From Chloroflexota bacterium (GTDB taxonomy: Bacteria > Chloroflexota > UBA11872 > VXOZ01): a stretch of DNA of 64,000 nt. Below are positions 52,481-63,433 of the stretch, piece after piece. The stretch spans positions 653,663 to 717,662 of the forward strand of contig CATQHC010000002.1 of the NCBI GenBank assembly GCA_958295775.1. Direction: 5' to 3'. Position 1 is the first letter of the stretch. Each line of letters opens with the position of its first letter. Below the pieces are notes generated by a model, which saw only the letters and a program-made list of their open reading frames with translations, did not search any database and was not told the DNA's origin. Made by a program: the position numbers and the translations under genes.

Positions 52481-52683
52481 GACCGGAACCTCCCTGATGG
52501 CTCAGCACATTGCCCAAAACTACTCAGAATTCAGCCGACCAAATCCTGCCTTTGCAGGCTGCTGAAAGCTAGCGGCATTCTAGTCTCTTTTAGGTATTCC
52601 GTCAAGCGGTCAAAACGCACAATTCGGTTTGTCTGTCAAACCATGTGAATTGCGCTAAGGTTTGCAGGGCCGTCTCACTCGAA

Positions 52684-53331
52684 TTACTGCTTTCGCGCAA
52701 GCACCAAAGGGTGGTTCTCGCTAGTTTCCAGGGCTGCATTTTCGTAGCCTGAACCCGTTGACTTGCTCTCAACCAGCACGAACCCCGCTTCGGTCAGAAT
52801 CTCTCTGTACTCCCCAAGGCTAAAGTTGCTCCAATACATCGTCACCCCAAAGAAATCATCCTCCGTGTAACCCTCTTCGCTGTAGTGACTCAAAGTGCAT
52901 AGCAGATACCCGCCTGGCTTGAGCCACCGGTAGACTCTACGAAACAGATCTGGGTGTTCTTCTCTGGGAATGTGAAATATGGCATAGAAGGCTATCACCG
53001 CGTCGAAGCTGGAAGGAGGCAATTGAGTCGACATGATGTCAGCACACTTGAAGTTGCCGGCAGGCACATTCTGCTGTGCCCGCCGGATCATCTCCGGGGA
53101 GACGTCCACGCCGGTGACGCGGTAGCGTGCGGCCAGGGACTTTGCAATGGGGACACCGGCGCCACAACCGATGTCGAGCACCGCGTCGCCGTCGTTCAGT
53201 CTGTCTGACAGCCCGCGAATTTCGTTTCCCGGCTCAGCCATGCGCGATTCGGCATAGGCGGCCGCGCAGGAGTCATACGCTTTTCGTACCAATACTTTGT
53301 AGCCTACTTTCGGATCAGTCGCAGGAATCAA
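52684..53331 (-). CDS. Class I SAM-dependent methyltransferase
   Basis: Motif I LDIGCGAG, motif post-I VTGVD; 215 aa. Confidence 0.85.
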   Translation of the reverse strand: MIPATDPKVGYKVLVRKAYDSCAAAYAESRMAEPGNEIRGLSDRLNDGDAVLDIGCGAGVPIAKSLAARYRVTGVDVSPEMIRRAQQNVPAGNFKCADIMSTQLPPSSFDAVIAFYAIFHIPREEHPDLFRRVYRWLKPGGYLLCTLSHYSEEGYTEDDFFGVTMYWSNFSLGEYREILTEAGFVLVESKSTGSGYENAALETSENHPLVLARKQ

Positions 53332-53492
53332 TACCCCGAGCCTTTCATTGCTAATAGTGAGTGCTCTTCGAGCGCGCTACCTGAGAGTCAAACAGAATCC
53401 AGGGAAGTGAAAGCAAAGAGAAATAAGAGATCTCCAGCCTCCGATGGCCCCAAAGTGCCACCATTGGCCGGGAGGTCAGGAAAAAAACAAGG

Positions 53493-53570
53493 GGGGGTGG
53501 CTGAGGGGACTCGAACCCCCAACCGCTGGAGCCACAGTCCAGAGCTCTAACCTGTTGAGCTACAGCCACC
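53493..53570 (-). tRNA. tRNA-His (anticodon GTG) with encoded G-1
   Basis: Reverse strand folds as G-1 + GTGGCTG acceptor, anticodon loop CTGTGGC, T-arm GGGGG-TTCGAGT-CCCCT; same layout as E. coli tRNA-His. Confidence 0.85.
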
Positions 53571-53780
53571 ATGCGGGGTGCATTCCTTGCTCAGTCTAGC
53601 AAGCCAATCGGTCTCTCGTCAATGAGTCGAGCAGCAGCGCATCCAGGGCAATGGTGGGACGCTATGTCATACGCACTCTTCAGGTCTTAGCTGGAGATTA
53701 GGCGCGAGGGTCACATTTAACCGGGCTCGTGCAAGCTTCAATTTCAGACCGGTCCAGTGGCCGCCCGCCAGGAACCTTAG

Positions 53781-54692
53781 TCACGCGGCTCCCAAATGCG
53801 CCGCAATCTCGCTGTTCGTTGCGATCCAACAGCCACCGGGCTTCTCGAGCGCATAGCGGATTACAGTGTCGAGTACGTCGCAGTGAGGGTCGCGCGCGGT
53901 CATAGCGGGCGGGTGGAAGGCAAGGCTCAGTATGTAGCGATTCGCGTGGGCGTGGTCAATCGCAGTCTTGAGCAATCTGACGTACTCCCAGCGGTCCAGA
54001 TCAAGCACTCGAAACGCCGCGATATCGGTCAAAGCCATGGGCGCGATCTCCAGCAAGCCGTTTGGATAACGATATGGCTGGAGCTGGTCTATGTTCTTGC
54101 ACATGGCGGCTTCGACGTGATCGAGCGGCGGGCGCTTGGCTCCCCGCGAGGCCGGACTAAGGTAGTGCGAGGTGACGTGGGTAAAGCCTTCTTCTTCGAG
54201 CAGCGCTTGGACCTCTGGCACGTCGTGCAACCCCGTGCTGAACGCGCCCGGCGTACCAAAACCGGTTGCGGTAACGCCGAGCCGCTCCCGTATCGCGGCA
54301 TTCGTCGCGCGCACCTCGTCGCGAATGATCTGCAGCGGCGTGCGCCCGTTGGCCAGCCACGGCGCGCCGGCATACACAACCTGCAAGCTCTCGACGGTCT
54401 CTGCTTTGACGTTGAGGTGGGTGTACGTGTGGTTGCCCACCTCGTGCCCCGCTGCCACGAGCTCTTTCAGATAGTCGATGTCCGGGTCCTCGAACGAACT
54501 TCCCACCAACAAGCAATAGAGATGCACCCCGTACGAGCGTGCTACCTCGTGCATCTTTAGCACGTACTGCTTGCTGTCCGCATCCAGCGCGCCCTTTAGA
54601 TGGTTCCACTGCGACGTCCAGTAGGGGAAATTCGTGCACATCTCAACCGCGGGCCGCAAACTGAGACAAAACTCCGCGCCATTTGGATACAT
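53781..54692 (-). CDS. Polysaccharide deacetylase family protein (NodB-like)
   Basis: HEVGNHTYTH NodB motif and downstream conserved His/Asp. Confidence 0.75.
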   Translation of the reverse strand: MYPNGAEFCLSLRPAVEMCTNFPYWTSQWNHLKGALDADSKQYVLKMHEVARSYGVHLYCLLVGSSFEDPDIDYLKELVAAGHEVGNHTYTHLNVKAETVESLQVVYAGAPWLANGRTPLQIIRDEVRATNAAIRERLGVTATGFGTPGAFSTGLHDVPEVQALLEEEGFTHVTSHYLSPASRGAKRPPLDHVEAAMCKNIDQLQPYRYPNGLLEIAPMALTDIAAFRVLDLDRWEYVRLLKTAIDHAHANRYILSLAFHPPAMTARDPHCDVLDTVIRYALEKPGGCWIATNSEIAAHLGAA

Positions 54693-54715
54693 GCAATCCC
54701 AGTCCTATGTTTGGT

Positions 54716-55540
54716 TTACGCGTCCACGCGCGCTGCAGCCACGGCGCGACACGCCGCCATGAACTGATCGAAGCCGATCGTGTCGCCCACGTGCTTTTGA
54801 AACTCGATGAGCGCCACCTTGGTAATCAGACGGTCCTGGAAGGTCTCCGGGATCTCGGTCCCCAGCGTGGCCTCGCGAATGAGGAAGATCCTGTACCCGT
54901 AGGCCAACATCGGTCTGGTGGCGCCTTCCGACCCCAGTATGCACATGTTCGTTGCAAAACCGGTATAGATGAGGTTTTTGATGCCCCGGCTGCGGCAGAT
55001 GCGGTCGAACTGTGCACTGGTGAGAATGACCTGATCGCCCGGCTCCGCCTCGCACGACGAGAGTATGCGCATCTGCTGCCAGCCATCCCACTCCATGTAC
55101 CCGTGGCCGTGGGTCCGCTCCGCCCGCTCTTTGCGCCAGCCGGGGTTGACCTCGGGAGGACCCGGTGCCGGCCGCGGCGGGTTGAGGTCGTTATCCTCCA
55201 ACATATGCTGGACGGAATCATACTTCAGGGCGATGTTGCGCGGCTCAACGTGGAAGATCGCCATGCCCGCAGCGCGCGCCGCGTCAATCGCCGGCCGGAT
55301 GAACTCTGCAGCTATCCGTACCGATTCCGCTTGGGTATCCGGCTTCCCCATGTCCACAGAAAAGAACTCGGGGACTGGCGGGCCATTGACGTCGCCAACG
55401 TTCCAGAGATGCAAGGCCACAAAACCCGTCTCTTTGGGGTCCAGTGCGACATCTTCCTCTTCCCAGTCGGCGGTGGCCAGCGTCCGAGTACGCCAGTGCC
55501 TACCACGTAGACGTAGCTCTGCTTTCGTCGCCGTCGCCAT
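54716..55540 (-). CDS. Isochorismatase-family cysteine hydrolase
   Basis: Catalytic-Cys motif GFATNMCI and conserved Asp/Lys pattern of the isochorismatase fold. Confidence 0.75.
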   Translation of the reverse strand: MATATKAELRLRGRHWRTRTLATADWEEEDVALDPKETGFVALHLWNVGDVNGPPVPEFFSVDMGKPDTQAESVRIAAEFIRPAIDAARAAGMAIFHVEPRNIALKYDSVQHMLEDNDLNPPRPAPGPPEVNPGWRKERAERTHGHGYMEWDGWQQMRILSSCEAEPGDQVILTSAQFDRICRSRGIKNLIYTGFATNMCILGSEGATRPMLAYGYRIFLIREATLGTEIPETFQDRLITKVALIEFQKHVGDTIGFDQFMAACRAVAAARVDA

Positions 55541-55880
55541 CGTCTTTCCCCTTCTTTGATAAGAATTTCATCGTCCCTGGCAGTTTTGGCAAGCTGCGGG
55601 AAAGCCTATTCACCTGTCCACCAATTATGCACACAACCTATAGTCAAGAATACGGCTGCAGCCCGCGTTCGTTCAATTGGCCTCGGCAGCAGCGCCCAAA
55701 CTGCGGGTGGCTTCTACGTCAACCGAATGCAGACTCGCGCTACCAAGCAGGTCGTACATTATTCCCACGGCGGCAAAATTTGACTGGCAAATGGCTCCTG
55801 TGCCTTGTCGCAGGTAGTTGCCTGCAGCCAGAGGCAAGGGTCATCTCCATTGGAGCCGGCAGTAGACTTGCAGAACACAG

Positions 55881-55910
55881 TTGACTCATGCGGCTTGCGA
55901 GTGCTAATAT
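55881..55910 (+). promoter_or_regulatory. Candidate sigma-70-type rRNA promoter TTGACT-N18-TAATAT
   Basis: Near-consensus -35/-10 hexamers ~135 nt upstream of the mature 16S 5' end. Confidence 0.5.
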
Positions 55911-56043
55911 GACTTTTACCTGCCTTTGTGCAGGGGCTCCTTAACAGGTGAAGAGTGATGAAGGTTTTGGGCGTTTTTTTCGGAGAGCTAGGGCTTAGGC
56001 TGTTCCGGGGGATTGGGAGTTTTCTTACTTCAGTTTTCCCTTT

Positions 56044-57579
<1,536 letters not shown>

Positions 57580-58073
57580 CTAGGGTCTTTACCCATTTTC
57601 TCCTATCCCCCCTTACCTCTCCTATACCTAACTCCCTCTCCCTTCATCACCCTTCACCTGCTAAACCCAGCCGCAAACTACTAATACCGCCTATGTCATC
57701 GTCCCTCTCACAAAGAGGGACTTTTTCTTTTACGCCCCCAAGTCAATGCTCCCGCAACAGTCAACCACGCAGAAACAGGTCCCGCGATCCGTTCGTTCCA
57801 ATACAAGTGGCGTCCCTTCTTTATCCGCAGACTTTACCTCGCTAGACTCATCATTCTGTGCGCGGATTTTGATAACTGATTTACCGATGCACGGCCAGAC
57901 CCGTGGCATCGCATGGCTTCCCAAACCGCGGCTTTGCGGAGTTGCACGCCGGCGTTTGCTGCGCTATATTCCTCCTGTGAGAAACTTGGTGTGCCTGCCG
58001 CGAATTTGGCGACGTACAGGCCAAACCGAGGATGGTACAATAGACGAAGAGCCTACGCTACAGCTTGTTTTCC

Positions 58074-58150
58074 GGGCCACTAGCTCAGTTGGTTAGAGCG
58101 CGCCCCTGATAAGGGCGAGGTCTGTGGTTCAAATCCACAGTGGCCCACCA
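58074..58150 (+). tRNA. tRNA-Ile (anticodon GAT)
   Basis: GGGCCAC acceptor, anticodon loop CTGATAA, T-arm, encoded CCA; in the spacer 3' of 16S. Confidence 0.9.
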
Positions 58151-58361
58151 CGACGGCAGCCATACAACCGCCTCTCAGCATGCGCGCCGCAGGCCGAACC
58201 GGGTACTTGGAGAGAGACTTCACCAGGCAACCATTGCGGCATTTGCCTGCAAACCCTTAGGGATTGTTGGAAGATTCAATCCAATTGCCCACCGACATGC
58301 GCGTACCTTGGGCATATTGGTGTGCACCCAGGCGCATGGCAGGCTCTGTGCTGCTAGTCAC

Positions 58362-58437
58362 GGGGATGTAGCTCAGTTGGGAGAGCACCTCCTTTGCAAG
58401 GAGGGGGTCAGGAGTTCGAGTCTCCTCATCTCCACCA
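58362..58437 (+). tRNA. tRNA-Ala (anticodon TGC)
   Basis: GGGGATG acceptor with the G3-U70 identity pair, anticodon loop TTTGCAA, encoded CCA. Confidence 0.9.
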
Positions 58438-58510
58438 TTTTAGATTTGAGACCAGATGAGTATCGAACTCCCCCGCAGCTATAGTGGTCGTCCCGATTGG
58501 GAGGAAGCGC

Positions 58511-58957
58511 ATGAAGCAGATTGCTGACATTGCCGTATATTCGCCGGATGACCGGTTGAAACTCATCGTCGAGGTCAAGAACTACAGGAACGCGACCGAC
58601 GAATGGGCTGCCAAACTGCGGAGGAACCTGTTAGTCGATGGGTTCATCCCAGCCTCGGAGTTTTTCCTACTGGTTTTACCAGAGCATTCTTACCTCTGGC
58701 GAAGGTGCGAATCTATTGATGCGGTTCCGGCGGACTACAAGCTTTCTACTAAAGACGTGCTGCAACTTCGTGGAGACTCAGCCAACCCAGACAAACTGAG
58801 CTCTTTCAGTTTGGAGTTGTTGACCAGTTCTTGGCTAAACGCGCTGGCTGTTTCCCAAGTAACCAGAGGGGAGGTGCCAGAATTGGAATGGATATTTGAA
58901 TCGGGCCTTTATGACAGTGTCAAGGACGGCTTGGTCAAGATTGAATCGGAGCTGTGA
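58511..58957 (+). CDS. Small PD-(D/E)xK-like (Hjc/Mrr-type core) nuclease-fold protein, low GC
   Basis: ATG with a strong GGGAGGA RBS 5 nt upstream; N-terminus IADIAVYSPDDRLKLIVEVK matches the D-h-h-A...h-h-E-V-K restriction-endonuclease-like core; GC ~50%. Confidence 0.5.
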   Translation: MKQIADIAVYSPDDRLKLIVEVKNYRNATDEWAAKLRRNLLVDGFIPASEFFLLVLPEHSYLWRRCESIDAVPADYKLSTKDVLQLRGDSANPDKLSSFSLELLTSSWLNALAVSQVTRGEVPELEWIFESGLYDSVKDGLVKIESEL

Positions 58958-59559
58958 TTGTCTTTATTGAATCCAACTTCGTGCTGGAACTGGCTCTCCT
59001 CCAAGAGGAACATCGGAGTTGCGATTCCATCCTTAGCCTTGCGGAGTCCCTGACTATTGATTTGGCAATACCGGCCTTCAGCTTGTTCGAGCCTTACGAG
59101 GTGTGGCGGCGGCGTACAAGGGAGCGGGCCGAGTTGCATGGACGCCTCAATCGGGAAATGAGCCAGTTGGCACGTACGGAGCCATACGCCAAAACCGTTG
59201 AGGACTTGGCGGATCCAGCGTCGATTCTGTTACGGAGTGGAAATGAGGACAAGCGCAGGTTGGATCTAACTATTGGTAGGATTCTCGACTGCGCCGAAAT
59301 GATACCTCTCCAAGGAAAAACTCTCAGGGACGCCATCCATTTCCAGGGATCCCTAGACCTTTCCCCACAGGATTCGGTTGTGTACGCCTCGGTGATGGCC
59401 CACCTGTCGGCCGCTTCACCTGGCCCCAAGTGTTTTCTGAACAGAGACCGTAAAGACTTCTCAATACCGGATATCAGGGAGGAATTAGGGCGAAATGACT
59501 GTCAACTAATCGCTAGGTTTGCCGGGGGCCTCAGCTACATAAACTCGCTGCAGGCCTGA
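58954..59559 (+). CDS. PIN-like domain protein (tentative), translationally coupled to the upstream ORF
   Basis: GTGA start/stop overlap; N-terminal strand MIVFIESNFVLE (PIN beta1-like with E for D) and C-terminal FLNRDRKDF resembling the PIN T-x-N-x-KDF terminal motif; low GC. Confidence 0.35.
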   Translation: MIVFIESNFVLELALLQEEHRSCDSILSLAESLTIDLAIPAFSLFEPYEVWRRRTRERAELHGRLNREMSQLARTEPYAKTVEDLADPASILLRSGNEDKRRLDLTIGRILDCAEMIPLQGKTLRDAIHFQGSLDLSPQDSVVYASVMAHLSAASPGPKCFLNRDRKDFSIPDIREELGRNDCQLIARFAGGLSYINSLQA

Positions 59560-59579
59560 CATACGCCATAACCGTTCAT

Positions 59580-59900
59580 GTGCCAGTCCCACCAAACTGG
59601 GATCCTTATATCTGGACTATCCACCGAAGACTTCGAAATACGGTGCACTCATCTCCACCAGATTTTACGAATTCTAGAACCTTCACCTTGGAGTTCTTTC
59701 GGAACCTGTATAGATTGCGTGGCGATCTTCCGAGCCCCGGCCACATGAAAAAGAATCCAGTGTCGTCCAACGAGTATGGACTTTACAAAGAGACCATTGG
59801 GAAGTGCTTCCCGGACCTTGTCGTGGACTCCATCAAACTGGCCAGTGAAGGATTGGATGACCTGGCTCTGGCCACCTACGATGAGTTGGTATTCCGGTAG
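59580..59900 (+). CDS. Hypothetical protein (106 aa), low GC
   Basis: ORF in the same low-GC block as the two preceding genes; no recognisable motif. Confidence 0.35.
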   Translation: MPVPPNWDPYIWTIHRRLRNTVHSSPPDFTNSRTFTLEFFRNLYRLRGDLPSPGHMKKNPVSSNEYGLYKETIGKCFPDLVVDSIKLASEGLDDLALATYDELVFR

Positions 59901-60106
59901 CCAAATCTTGACTAAGCCGTCTCCAATATTGAGCTTGAGGCAACCTTGCTGTGCCCGGGTTGCTAGAGAGGCTCGACGTACGTATACCGCCCCCAGAGTT
60001 GTATGGATCGCTGCGTAGTTGCTGCCCGGGTCGTCTTGGAAGTTCACCCACTCGACTGTCGCGGCTTCTCTTTTCCAAACCGCCAAAGTATGCGAGTATA
60101 TTCGCC

Positions 60107-61219
60107 ATGCTAAATCTCCCTCATGCCGATGTCGTTGGGAGCTTGATACGACCGCCGGAGCTGCTCGTCGCGCGCGAGGAATTTGCGGCCGGGCTAATCT
60201 CGCCCGCGGCATTCAAGCGCACCGAGGACGCCGCTGTCGATAGCGCCGTTGCTGCTCAGGAGGACTCCGGACTTGAAATCCTCACCGACGGCGAAATGCG
60301 CCGGCTCTCGTTTCAGAGTCAGATGCCCGAGGCAGTCGCAGGCTTTGGCGAGTTCGATATCGACGCGTTCCTCTGGGGCGATTGGCAGGGCGACGAACGG
60401 GTAGGAGACTCGCGCACGGAGCGTCCCGCGACTTTGGGTGTCGTCGGCCGCCTCCAGCGGAAGCGCCACCTGTCGGCGGAGGAGTTCACCTACCTGCGCG
60501 GCCGCACCACGCGCAGAGCAAAGGTGACATTGCCGAGCCCCAGCCTGTTCGCCAACTTCTGGTCGCCGGTGCAGTCCGCCGCAGCCTACCCCACCCTGGA
60601 TGCGTTTTTGGCTGATGTAGCGGCGATAGTCCGTGGGGAGATCGAAGAGCTAGTCAGGCTTGGGGCGACGTATATTCAACTCGACGCTCCGCACTATCCG
60701 CTCGTGCTAGATCCGGCATGGGCGGCCTTCTACGAGGCCCAGGGCTCGTCTGCGGAGGACTGGATCGCCCAAGGTGTCGAACTGGACAACGCCGTGATGG
60801 ACGGTTTCTCGGAAGTTATATTCGCGGTCCATCTCTGTCGAGGGAACCAGGGCGGTCGTTGGCTGGTCGCAGGCAGTTACGACCGGATTGTCGAGCCGGT
60901 TCTCCAGCGCATAAACGCGCAGCGGCTGATGCTGGAGTACGACGATCCACGCTCAGGCTCGTTCGAGCCTCTGCGCGGCGTGCCCGACGACAAGCTCGTG
61001 GGGCTGGGGCTGGTTACGACCAAGTCACCGCGCGCGGAGGACGTAGCCGAGCTTGAATCTCGGATCGCCGAGGCTGCCCGCCACTTCCCCCTGGAGCAAC
61101 TCGCCATCAGTCCGCAGTGCGGGTTCGCATCATCCATCGTCGGCAATCCGCTTTCGATCGAGCAGCAAAACGCAAAACTCCGCATCGTCGCCGAGACCGC
61201 CCGCCACGTTTGGGGATAA
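60107..61219 (+). CDS. Cobalamin-independent methionine synthase (MetE) catalytic-domain-like protein, short stand-alone form
   Basis: ~370 aa; MetE C-terminal-domain pattern incl. zinc ligands H-x-C (AVHLCRG), Glu and Cys (ISPQCGF). Confidence 0.7.
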   Translation: MLNLPHADVVGSLIRPPELLVAREEFAAGLISPAAFKRTEDAAVDSAVAAQEDSGLEILTDGEMRRLSFQSQMPEAVAGFGEFDIDAFLWGDWQGDERVGDSRTERPATLGVVGRLQRKRHLSAEEFTYLRGRTTRRAKVTLPSPSLFANFWSPVQSAAAYPTLDAFLADVAAIVRGEIEELVRLGATYIQLDAPHYPLVLDPAWAAFYEAQGSSAEDWIAQGVELDNAVMDGFSEVIFAVHLCRGNQGGRWLVAGSYDRIVEPVLQRINAQRLMLEYDDPRSGSFEPLRGVPDDKLVGLGLVTTKSPRAEDVAELESRIAEAARHFPLEQLAISPQCGFASSIVGNPLSIEQQNAKLRIVAETARHVWG

Positions 61220-61458
61220 TCTTTCCCGTCATGCTTGCCAGCGACTCACAGAGTGTCCCTGCCTCGGTGCCGTAACGCGGGCTGGTTAGCGACCTCCCCC
61301 TACGTGACCCATAGTTTCTTGAACTCCCAATCAGAGCGGAGCAATGAAATATACTCGTTCGGTACACCCCGCCTTCTACTCTTCGCACTCTGGTATTGAA
61401 TTGATTCATGCAGCGCTGGCATTCAATAACCAATGCCCTGATATTCTTGCCGCCGTAC

Positions 61459-61534
61459 GGAGATGTAGCCCGGTTGGGAGAGAACCTCCTTTGCAAGGAG
61501 AGGGGCAAGAGGTCGTGTCTCCTCAACTCCACCC
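61459..61534 (+). pseudogene. Degenerate copy of tRNA-Ala (pseudo-tRNA / att-like remnant)
   Basis: Aligns over ~76 nt with tRNA-Ala at 58362-58437 (same anticodon arm CCTCCTTTGCAAGGAG) but has mismatches in the D-, T- and acceptor stems and loses T54. Confidence 0.7.
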
Positions 61535-61789
61535 ACTCGCACCTCCGACCCGGAGGCTTGTAGTACCAACTTCACTGAAACATTGGGGACACCAGCTATG
61601 GGATTCCGGTGATCTGGGCAATGCGCGCGCACGGACCGCCGACTTCTACAAGCAGGACGTATCCGTCGAGGTTGACCTACCCTTTCGCCGCGGACATCCT
61701 GCCTCACACTCCCTTACCTAATCGATACTGCTGGCAACGCACTGGAGTTCTACGACACCATCTCCTGGTGGGATGACTTCAACCGCCTC

Positions 61790-62056
61790 GTGAACTGGGC
61801 GCTGCTCTCCGGCGCTGTCGGGGCATTGGCTTGGAGAGGCAACATCCGTCCCTGGCAGACCCTAGCGTATGTTGTAGGTTTCGGCTCGGTTACGGCAATT
61901 CTCTGGGAGATCGCGGAGTACTTTGCTTTCATCCGCTTCTCAGAAGAGCTTGAGACTGCCTATGTCGACACGCTGGGCGACATGGCATTGGGCCTGACCG
62001 GAGCGGTCTTGGCCGGACTGTTTGCCGCCCTCACTCCGCACCGAAAGCAGTCATGA
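61790..62056 (+). CDS. Hypothetical small membrane protein (GTG start; weak)
   Basis: Two hydrophobic helices; possibly a gene fragment. Confidence 0.25.
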   Translation: MNWALLSGAVGALAWRGNIRPWQTLAYVVGFGSVTAILWEIAEYFAFIRFSEELETAYVDTLGDMALGLTGAVLAGLFAALTPHRKQS

Positions 62057-62331
62057 TTGCCATGCGGTTGAGAAAGCTCTACAGACTCTAACGTCTTGCT
62101 GAGGAAGCTCCAGCAACAATCATGCTCTTAGCCTTCTACGCCAAGGCTCTCCGTGACTGGCAGGGCGTGGATGTTGTCTGCAGCCGGGGTGGCGACTGCA
62201 CATCGTAATAGGATGGAATTACATTGCGGTTTCGGATTTCTAGACTTACTTGGGGCCTTGCCGTAGGCTAGGTATAGACCCAAGGCACGAGCCAAAGACA
62301 GCAATCACGAGCTGATTCCCCGGAGAGTAGC

Positions 62332-63342
62332 GTGGCAAAGTTCAAGATAGTGGCCTGGGGCCGCCCCAATGCGCCTCGCGACTACACATTCGAGATGGAG
62401 TCATTGCGGGGCGTAGCTGCCGAAATTGTGGAAGTCACGGCAGCATCAGACGATGAGTTCCTGGAAAAGGCCCAGGACGCCGACGCGCTTTTAGTGAGCG
62501 GACATGCGCTTTCGGAAAAGGTGATCAATGGCCTCACGCAGTGCAAGATTATCGCGTTGGACAGCGTGGGCACCAATCACGTCGCCGTCTCGGCGGCTAC
62601 AGCCAAGGGTATCCCGGTAACCAATTGCCCCGATATCAATATCCAGGAGGTCGCAGAGCACACGGCGGCGCTCATCCTGGCCGCCCACCGCCGGCTGCTT
62701 ACTTTGGACAAGATGGTCAGGGATGGATACTGGTGGGAAGGGCATGCGCCTATGCGTCAGTTGCCGCGCTTGTACGGACAGACCCTTGGGTTTGTCTCGT
62801 TTGGCAATATCCCCAGGGCCGTCGTGCCTTTGATGAAACCTTTCGGCCTCCGTATCCTCGCCTACGATCCCTTTGTCATGGAGACCACAATGATTCAGTT
62901 TGGAGTGGAGCCGGTAGACTTGAAGGAGCTCTTGCGGCGGTCCGACATCGTTGCAAACCATCTGCCCGGATCCGCAGGCACGACCAAGCTGATTGGGGAA
63001 GAGCAATTCAGGCTAATGAAGCCCGAGGCGATTTTCGTAAACACGGGCCGGGGCACGACCGTGGACGAGGCGGCGATGATCCGGGCGCTGAATGAAGGAT
63101 GGATAGCGCACGCTGCGCTGGACGTGCTGGAAAAGGAACCGCCTGATCCCGACAATCCCCTGTTCGCAATGGAGAACGTCACACTCACGCCCCACGCAGC
63201 CTCCGCATCATCCAGAGTCTTGGAGGTGAGCAAGCGTCGTATGGGCATGGAAATCGCCTTGGTGTTGGGAGGCCGCCGGCCAATGTCCTGCGTCAATCCG
63301 TCGGCGCTGGACAACTCCGGCCTGCTGAAGTGGCAGGTCTAG
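62332..63342 (+). CDS. D-isomer-specific 2-hydroxyacid dehydrogenase (CtBP/PGDH-like)
   Basis: NAD-binding fold and catalytic R/E/H pattern of the 2-hydroxyacid dehydrogenase family. Confidence 0.8.
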   Translation: MAKFKIVAWGRPNAPRDYTFEMESLRGVAAEIVEVTAASDDEFLEKAQDADALLVSGHALSEKVINGLTQCKIIALDSVGTNHVAVSAATAKGIPVTNCPDINIQEVAEHTAALILAAHRRLLTLDKMVRDGYWWEGHAPMRQLPRLYGQTLGFVSFGNIPRAVVPLMKPFGLRILAYDPFVMETTMIQFGVEPVDLKELLRRSDIVANHLPGSAGTTKLIGEEQFRLMKPEAIFVNTGRGTTVDEAAMIRALNEGWIAHAALDVLEKEPPDPDNPLFAMENVTLTPHAASASSRVLEVSKRRMGMEIALVLGGRRPMSCVNPSALDNSGLLKWQV

Positions 63343-63433
63343 CGCGGATGGGCCACTGATACAGGCAAATAGTGTTGCCCGCCTGGACCTTGCCCACACT
63401 GAAAGGCCCTTGCAGCCCTGAAGGAGAAGAGAC

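Noticed and set aside
53796-55510. Plus-strand ORFs (254 aa, 275 aa) opposite the deacetylase and isochorismatase genes
   Set aside because: The minus-strand ORFs contain the NodB and isochorismatase catalytic motifs; the plus-strand ones are Arg-rich artefacts.
59649-60212. 187-aa minus-strand ORF spanning the hypothetical gene and the MetE-like start
   Set aside because: Arg-rich antisense ORF; the plus-strand genes are better supported.
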